IMG/VR virus record: IMGVR_UViG_3300044723_001202
Coordinates: 1-40,021 of that record
Source of the DNA: a virus
Lineage: Duplodnaviria; Caudoviricetes
Reading direction: 5' to 3' (one strand)
DNA length: 40,021 nucleotides
Part shown: positions 34,623 through 40,021 of the stretch, one piece after another
How positions within the stretch are numbered: the stretch's first letter is position 1
Layout of the letters: every line of letters starts with the position of its first letter
The notes under the pieces: generated by a model
What the model was told of the DNA's origin: nothing
The model's database searches: none
What the model saw: the letters and a program-made list of their open reading frames with translations, nothing else
Made by a program: the position numbers and the translations under genes

Positions 34623-36522
34623 TTTGAAGTCCTTGTAGTACTTGCGCGTACAACTGTGCTTCGTTAATATCGTTGACGAGTTCTTCAGGATCGATATCTT
34701 GAGAAATTGCCAATTCTTTAACGAGGTTCGGTAATTTAATGAACGGGGCGAGCATCGGGTTCGCAACCGTCTGGAGAAGCGTTGTAAGCCTCTGTGAGCG
34801 GACTTCTTTTTGCATGACTGCCGAGGTACCCCGAGGCTTAATGCTCAGGTCTCCGACGATGTCAGGTGCCTTGTCGTTGTATTGCATATTCCATTGGAAG
34901 TACGCTTCACCGATTGGCTTTAACAAAAAGTCATCAATATTCTTTACTACGGTCTTGACGGACATGTTGCCCGCACTCATCAGCATAGATAGACCAGAAG
35001 ATGTACGCCCAGTTCCAGTCACACCTGTTTGACCGTGCATTACTGATGGGATACCTGTCTCTTCATCTGCTAGCTGGCGAGATATCTGGTACATTTGGAT
35101 GTTTTCGGGTGCGGTATTAGGGAACTTCAACCCATTTATCGCTGTACCCGTCACTCCGGATTGGCGTCTAAAGACTTTTCCGGGGAAGATATCGAAGTTC
35201 TGGCCGGGAACGAGACTTGCTTCGTCTACGTCGAATACGAGGTTGCCCGCCAGAGCTAAGTTATCAATAGCCATGCGGACATGACCATTCATAAGCATCT
35301 GAGCATCTTCCATATTCTCCGCCACGCCCACACCCCAGATTTGGTAGGGGTTGATCTCATAGGGAAATGCGTGGTACGGAATACGCGAAGGTGTGAAGGG
35401 ATTGAGAACACAACGGAGGACCTCAGTGCCGCATACCCATGCATTAATTTGCACTTGGTCTAACTCTGACACAATGTCAGGTAACTCCATCCCTACTTCA
35501 CGGGCAAACTTTGCGTCGAGAACACCCCAATATTCGAGGACTTCAAACCTGTTTTCTTGGTAGTAAGGTTCAGTATCGTCTTCACGAATAGTATCTTCGT
35601 AGTACTTGTCTTCGTAGTTCGGGCCTTTTGTGAGTACGTTTTCAATAGCTGTCGCATTAAAATACGGGCGATTCATTAGAGCACGTAACTGCTGGCGATT
35701 CATACGATGTCGTTGAATTACATACTCGCAGTCTTCAATACTTGTTGCGGAGGGATCTGGATGAAAGTCCCAAACAGAAACGTGCTCAATTCTAGGAACG
35801 ACTTCTTCCGTAGGCGTGTATTCTCGTTCTCCGGTTTCTCCACGCTCCCAACGATGGATACGCTTGTAGTGGTTAAACGGTCCTTTAACAATGCCGGTGC
35901 CTAATAGAGAAGCTTCAAAGATTGCGTTACGTAAGACGTTTACAGCATTCGTGTCTAGTAACTGATCGTGTATGTGCTTTTCGAGTTTTCGAGCGGCTTC
36001 TTCTGCCGGCTTAAACTGGGGTTCTCCTACTTTTGACGGACCTTCAGCAAGTTGGTCTGCCATTTGGCTGTACTTACCAAAATTAACCTCAGTTTCTCCC
36101 GGCTCTAGGTCTAGGCCATCTCCCGGAAATCCAAACGGACTTTGTAACTGATCAGCAGGCGTTTTTAAATGTGCAAACTCAACAATTCCATCCGGAACAG
36201 GCGAGCTTTCTACAACAATCGGAAACTTTTTATTGGCAAATAGGATGTCAATAATTTGCCCGTATGCCGCGAGCACCTTAGTCTTGGTAATCTTGATGAA
36301 TACCTTAGACCTCTCTGAATCGCGGTACTGTGTAGAAGAATCGTAAATTCCACGGAAGTTTTTATACGCTTGCAACCAACGTTGTTCGTACGTGCGTCTT
36401 CCGTTTTCAGAATCTTGAAACTTATTTTGAATGTGACTAGCTAGCCCCGGCATTTCTGAGACTGGATCGAGAATTTCGACCTGCCCGTCATCCGCAGACT
36501 GTAAAAAGCCCTCTTGGGACAT
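34426..36522 (-). CDS. Portal protein, 698 aa
   Basis: E.RWL.AY.NFRG, GTGIVKGP, WDFHPDP, EVLE.WG, WGVGV.E.M.D.Q, DE.TG.PS; Pro/Gly-rich tail; lies in the packaging module. Confidence 0.92.
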   Translation of the reverse strand: MSQEGFLQSADDGQVEILDPVSEMPGLASHIQNKFQDSENGRRTYEQRWLQAYKNFRGIYDSSTQYRDSERSKVFIKITKTKVLAAYGQIIDILFANKKFPIVVESSPVPDGIVEFAHLKTPADQLQSPFGFPGDGLDLEPGETEVNFGKYSQMADQLAEGPSKVGEPQFKPAEEAARKLEKHIHDQLLDTNAVNVLRNAIFEASLLGTGIVKGPFNHYKRIHRWERGETGEREYTPTEEVVPRIEHVSVWDFHPDPSATSIEDCEYVIQRHRMNRQQLRALMNRPYFNATAIENVLTKGPNYEDKYYEDTIREDDTEPYYQENRFEVLEYWGVLDAKFAREVGMELPDIVSELDQVQINAWVCGTEVLRCVLNPFTPSRIPYHAFPYEINPYQIWGVGVAENMEDAQMLMNGHVRMAIDNLALAGNLVFDVDEASLVPGQNFDIFPGKVFRRQSGVTGTAINGLKFPNTAPENIQMYQISRQLADEETGIPSVMHGQTGVTGTGRTSSGLSMLMSAGNMSVKTVVKNIDDFLLKPIGEAYFQWNMQYNDKAPDIVGDLSIKPRGTSAVMQKEVRSQRLTTLLQTVANPMLAPFIKLPNLVKELAISQDIDPEELVNDINEAQLYAQVLQGLQNAQQGTGPAGQPAGSPPAGMGGSDGVPNGPPPSDASGVGDGTIGTGNVPVAGEDGFTGSPPEPQI

Positions 36523-36546
36523 AACTACTTACCTTGTCGGGTTTTA

Positions 36547-36747
36547 TTAAAGTGCAGACTGCTTGTCTGAGTTTAGGATAGATTGATCCAGAGACTCTTT
36601 TTTTGTCTTAGGCATTGCTTCGATTAAAGACCCAGTCTTAGCGACTGTGTCGAAGTCTTTACCTTCACGGTAAAGGTTGTTTTCTCCACAATTGTAATCA
36701 ACACCCTTTTTGTCTGCATTCATAATATCTGAACTTGCATACTTCAT
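36547..36747 (-). CDS. Hypothetical protein, 66 aa
   Basis: Strong AAGGAG RBS; fills the gap between the recombinase and portal genes. Confidence 0.7.
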   Translation of the reverse strand: MKYASSDIMNADKKGVDYNCGENNLYREGKDFDTVAKTGSLIEAMPKTKKESLDQSILNSDKQSAL

Positions 36748-36767
36748 GTTTTATTCTCCTTGTTTTA

Positions 36768-38540
36768 TTAATAACCACGAACTTCGGAACCAAACTGTCC
36801 GAAACTACGTAGCAATTCATCTTCAGTCATGTCGACTGATTTTTCTAGCAACTCTGTGCCTCGTTCTTGTGCGGCTGTCGCCTGTGATTCCGCCATTCCG
36901 AGCAAGGCCCCTTGCGGAGTCAACTCTTCTGCCGCGAATTTAGCTGTGCGAATACCCGCAGAAACTTGAGGCGGTGTACCGAGTACTCCCTCCCCCTTTG
37001 CGTAATCCGCTTGGATATCTTGAGAAAGAAGAGCACCGCCTACAAGTGTTCCAGCTAGAGGTGCTTGTGAAATTACTTGTTTTGTTCCGCCCGGTAGGTT
37101 ATCAAACCAATCGAGCATCTTCATAAACCCGCTCTTCTTATCGTCATCGTACTCAATATCAGGGCTAGGTTGTCCTTCGGTCTCCCCGAGGATCAGAGCG
37201 CGTTGTTCTTGTTCATATTTCTGGAGAACAATTCTCTCATCGATTTGACGTATTGCTTCATCAAACTGCTGTTGAATGAACTGTTTACCCTCATCACTAT
37301 TTAAAAAAGCGAGGTTCTGTTTATTTTTTTCGAGGGCTTCACTTGTGTACTTTGCAGTATTTCTTTCTGATCGTGCGACTTGTTCCGCGTTGAGTTTACG
37401 TTGTTCTTCTTCCGTTAAGGGACTATCAAAGCCCCGGACTTCAGTACCACCAAAACCACGTGCTTGTGCTGTTTCTCCGACGTAGAGGTTATTGAGGACA
37501 GCACCGACACCTTCAATAGCTTTGTTACCCGCGTAGTGTTTACGGAAAGTTGAAGAGTTGACACTCTTATGTCCCATCAAACCTTCAACAACATCATCTG
37601 GATATTTTAATTCGTCAGCCACCATTTTCGACATAAAGTGGCGAACAACACCGGGAGTGATGTAGGGTCCTTTTGACGGGTCTAACTTGTCGTACAGAGG
37701 CAAAACATCTGAGTACGCCGTCAAGCGAGGACTCAAGACTTCCTTGAACGCTTTGTTATAGGCGTCTGCTGTTGTGTCGAACAAAAACTCGGAGGTACTT
37801 CTTTCGAGGTTCCTCAGTACCAGATCAGCCATTGCCGACCCTTTAGGATAACTAACGGCAGGTCGGGTTTTACTAGACCGGCCTGTACCAACAGTAATAC
37901 CCTTTATCTCTATGTGTGTTGCGGTAATCTTAACATCTGATTTTTTAATTGCAGATGTGTCTGCTGAGCCATCGCTAACGAGTTGTCCGGGACGCTGAAA
38001 TGTTGCTTTGTGGTAAAGTGCGAGATCAGCTACTGTGTCACCATGCTTTGCCCGTATCTCTGGGATGGATTCAGCGTATAGCTTTTCGATTTCCGCTTGA
38101 GGCAGAAGATCTTGCATTTCACGTGTCTGACCTACCCCTACCCGCTGAGGGCTACCGAGGTTATAGACCGCTTCATCTACCCCTTCCGATCCAATGATGC
38201 GGGGGTATAACGTATCACCTGCTTCTGCTGTAACGTTTAACAGGTTGTAGCGGCTTAGTGTCGGAAATATATTCCGTTCTAAACTCGCCCAGTGATCCAT
38301 GTAATTAGCTTGCTTGTTAACTTCTTTTAAAAGACGAGAGTGATTCTCCTCTTTACGCATGTCAGCAAGTGTGAGATCCTTATCCCAGCCTTTTGATTCC
38401 CACTGACTACGTAGAGTTCTTAGTTTTTTGGCGGCACTTTTATTGATTGTCTTACGTTCGAGAGCAAAATCAATTGCTTCCATTACCGTTAAGGTGCCGG
38501 CTTTCGCTTTCTTTGCAAACTGGTCTTCTGATAGTGCCAT
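36768..38540 (-). CDS. Tyrosine recombinase-fold protein with a ~250-aa C-terminal extension, 590 aa
   Basis: TFQRPGQL (R183), SKTR (K224), TPGVVRH (R300), LMGH (H324), RKHY (Y336), plus LF upstream of box II. Confidence 0.78.
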   Translation of the reverse strand: MALSEDQFAKKAKAGTLTVMEAIDFALERKTINKSAAKKLRTLRSQWESKGWDKDLTLADMRKEENHSRLLKEVNKQANYMDHWASLERNIFPTLSRYNLLNVTAEAGDTLYPRIIGSEGVDEAVYNLGSPQRVGVGQTREMQDLLPQAEIEKLYAESIPEIRAKHGDTVADLALYHKATFQRPGQLVSDGSADTSAIKKSDVKITATHIEIKGITVGTGRSSKTRPAVSYPKGSAMADLVLRNLERSTSEFLFDTTADAYNKAFKEVLSPRLTAYSDVLPLYDKLDPSKGPYITPGVVRHFMSKMVADELKYPDDVVEGLMGHKSVNSSTFRKHYAGNKAIEGVGAVLNNLYVGETAQARGFGGTEVRGFDSPLTEEEQRKLNAEQVARSERNTAKYTSEALEKNKQNLAFLNSDEGKQFIQQQFDEAIRQIDERIVLQKYEQEQRALILGETEGQPSPDIEYDDDKKSGFMKMLDWFDNLPGGTKQVISQAPLAGTLVGGALLSQDIQADYAKGEGVLGTPPQVSAGIRTAKFAAEELTPQGALLGMAESQATAAQERGTELLEKSVDMTEDELLRSFGQFGSEVRGY

Positions 38541-40021
38541 TTAGTATCCGAATGTTGCATCCTGTGGTTTGAATGTGCTATTCTTTATATCGTTTAAGGA
38601 TTTATGTATGGAAACGTAACCAGACGTCCGAGTCATCAACATATAACGCAAGGCGTCATAGGCGTGGTCTTCTGCTTTCGTGTCTACATCTTCAGAGTTT
38701 GTTTTTGAGAGGGGTATGCCCGCGAGTTGTTTTACTATGTTTGTGCAAGTATTGAAAAATTTTACGGTAGGTTCGCCGGTAAACTGGTTATCTCCGAGAC
38801 GGCTGTGGATTTCCATCTTACCAGCTATACGGTTACTGTCTGAGGGTGTCCAACGACAGCCTGACCGTATCATTGTTTCGGCTATGGAAGGCCCATATCC
38901 TGTGCGGTTCCAGCACGATTTATCGAGCACGGTGTAGTGAGGCGCAGGGTCCCACTCCTCTAATTCTATTATTTTAGCGGCTAATTGCTCCGCTGTAAAG
39001 TGTTTTACGTAAAGTTCTCGATAGACCCATATGTTGTTGTCCCAATCGATTGCACCCCAGAGTACGCACGAAGGGCTTGCGTAACCATAGTCGGCCGCTC
39101 TGATTCGAGGCCAATTTGTTGGGAGCTCGTAAGGATCGACAACGTGCTTGAGCTTACTGAACTCGGGAAATGCACAGCCTTCTGCAACATCCCAGTCCCC
39201 CTCGAGTAAACGCTTTCGCTCCACTTCTGGGAGAGAGAGGAGCATGGCTTCGTACTGTCCGTCCCGCATAAGGTACGGGTTGTCGGTGAGCCGTGCTGGG
39301 ATGAACTTTCGCCAGTACAACGGCTTGCCTGCCTTTGAATGTCCATCCGGGTATACGTATGGCTTTCCAGACTCCATGTCGGAGGGAACGAAGGGCTTAC
39401 CGGTCTCTCCTTGGTCGATGTACATTTTTTTGACCCACCAGCCGCCAACGCCGCCGGGGTTAGCTGTACATCGCATTGAGAGGTTTTGGGACAACTCCTC
39501 GTCGGTACTCCGGAGACGGGACCGTAGGTATTCCCATACATAGGGTGTGGGATACTGAGTGACCTCATCGATGGCTATCCAATTAAATGCCTGTCCTTGG
39601 TATCTGGTTACGTCTTTATCTTTATCGAGGTAGGAAAACCATATAGTAGCCCCAGAGGGGAAGACCCACGTCGACTTACTTTCACGGAATGTGGCACCGG
39701 GAAACGCTTTGGGATACAGTTGTTTCGACTTTGATATGAGTTCAGTCAATTCATCGAGAGTACGGCGGAGAAGAAGCCCACGGTGATTGCCGTTGTGACA
39801 ATAGCGGAGAGGATCAGCAAGAAGAGCGAAACTCTTTCCGCCCCCGGCCGCGCCCCCATATAACACATCCTGTTCTGGAGCACTGAGAAACTCTTCTTGA
39901 GGTCCCCCATTAGGTTGGAATACAATTTCAGACTCGCCAACGAGGTCTGAAACAGCTTTCGGTAATTCATTCAGGTCTCCTTGGTCGATTACCCGTGACT
40001 TTTCGCCCTTTAGGGCTGTTT
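38541..40021 (-). CDS. terL: Terminase large subunit (5' truncated by window)
   Basis: Walker A GGAAGGGKS, Walker B IAIDE, TANPGG, nuclease AADYG and DHAYDALRY. The frame stays open to the window edge (...FQPNGGPQEEFL...). Confidence 0.96.
   Translation of the reverse strand, partial: TALKGEKSRVIDQGDLNELPKAVSDLVGESEIVFQPNGGPQEEFLSAPEQDVLYGGAAGGGKSFALLADPLRYCHNGNHRGLLLRRTLDELTELISKSKQLYPKAFPGATFRESKSTWVFPSGATIWFSYLDKDKDVTRYQGQAFNWIAIDEVTQYPTPYVWEYLRSRLRSTDEELSQNLSMRCTANPGGVGGWWVKKMYIDQGETGKPFVPSDMESGKPYVYPDGHSKAGKPLYWRKFIPARLTDNPYLMRDGQYEAMLLSLPEVERKRLLEGDWDVAEGCAFPEFSKLKHVVDPYELPTNWPRIRAADYGYASPSCVLWGAIDWDNNIWVYRELYVKHFTAEQLAAKIIELEEWDPAPHYTVLDKSCWNRTGYGPSIAETMIRSGCRWTPSDSNRIAGKMEIHSRLGDNQFTGEPTVKFFNTCTNIVKQLAGIPLSKTNSEDVDTKAEDHAYDALRYMLMTRTSGYVSIHKSLNDIKNSTFKPQDATFGY

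Larger units (their letters stand above)
1..40021. mobile_element. Tailed dsDNA phage genome segment (podovirus-like; SIO1/VpV262-type morphogenesis arm plus RNR genes)
   Basis: Contiguous terminase, portal, scaffold, capsid, tail adaptor/nozzle, fibres, ejection-type proteins, lysozyme and nrdAB. Genes are tightly coupled. No tail tube, sheath or tape-measure gene and no host housekeeping genes. Confidence 0.95.

Noticed and set aside
39005-39970. Alternative-frame ORFs over the terminase (187, 131 and 74 aa) and the track's start at 39866
   Set aside because: The terminase frame holds all motifs and is open to the window edge. The others lack recognisable features, and 39866 is an internal GTG.

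Overview
The whole window is one stretch of a tailed dsDNA phage genome, most likely a marine podovirus. The head and tail module looks SIO1/VpV262-like (Zobellviridae-like); this taxonomy is inferred from gene order and protein motifs only. The + strand (1-3532) carries the end of a nucleotide-metabolism arm: class Ia nrdA (5' truncated), three small inserted genes, nrdB and two small genes. It converges at an intrinsic terminator (~3531-3552) with a ~36 kb minus-strand late arm. In transcription order the late arm is: terminase large subunit (5' truncated), a tyrosine-recombinase-fold protein, portal, a 1046-aa modular protein, scaffold, major capsid, small basic proteins, lysozyme, a fibre/adhesin cluster with a 2OG-Fe(II) oxygenase, tail adaptor and nozzle, tail fibre, a holin-like membrane cluster and large internal (ejection) proteins. 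No tRNA, rRNA, CRISPR array or host genes were seen. The most notable observations are: (1) the 1046-aa head-region protein is divided by MAPGG motifs into an HExxH metallopeptidase module and a signal-peptide-less outer-membrane-type beta-barrel ending in YRF; (2) the same [M/Y/K]xxGG motif recurs in several small late proteins, suggesting a capsid-cargo tagging or processing system; (3) a tyrosine recombinase with a long tail is coupled between terminase and portal; (4) a tandem, covarying RNA element lies in the scaffold leader; (5) a circularly permuted MAM domain is inserted in a fibre-tip adhesin.
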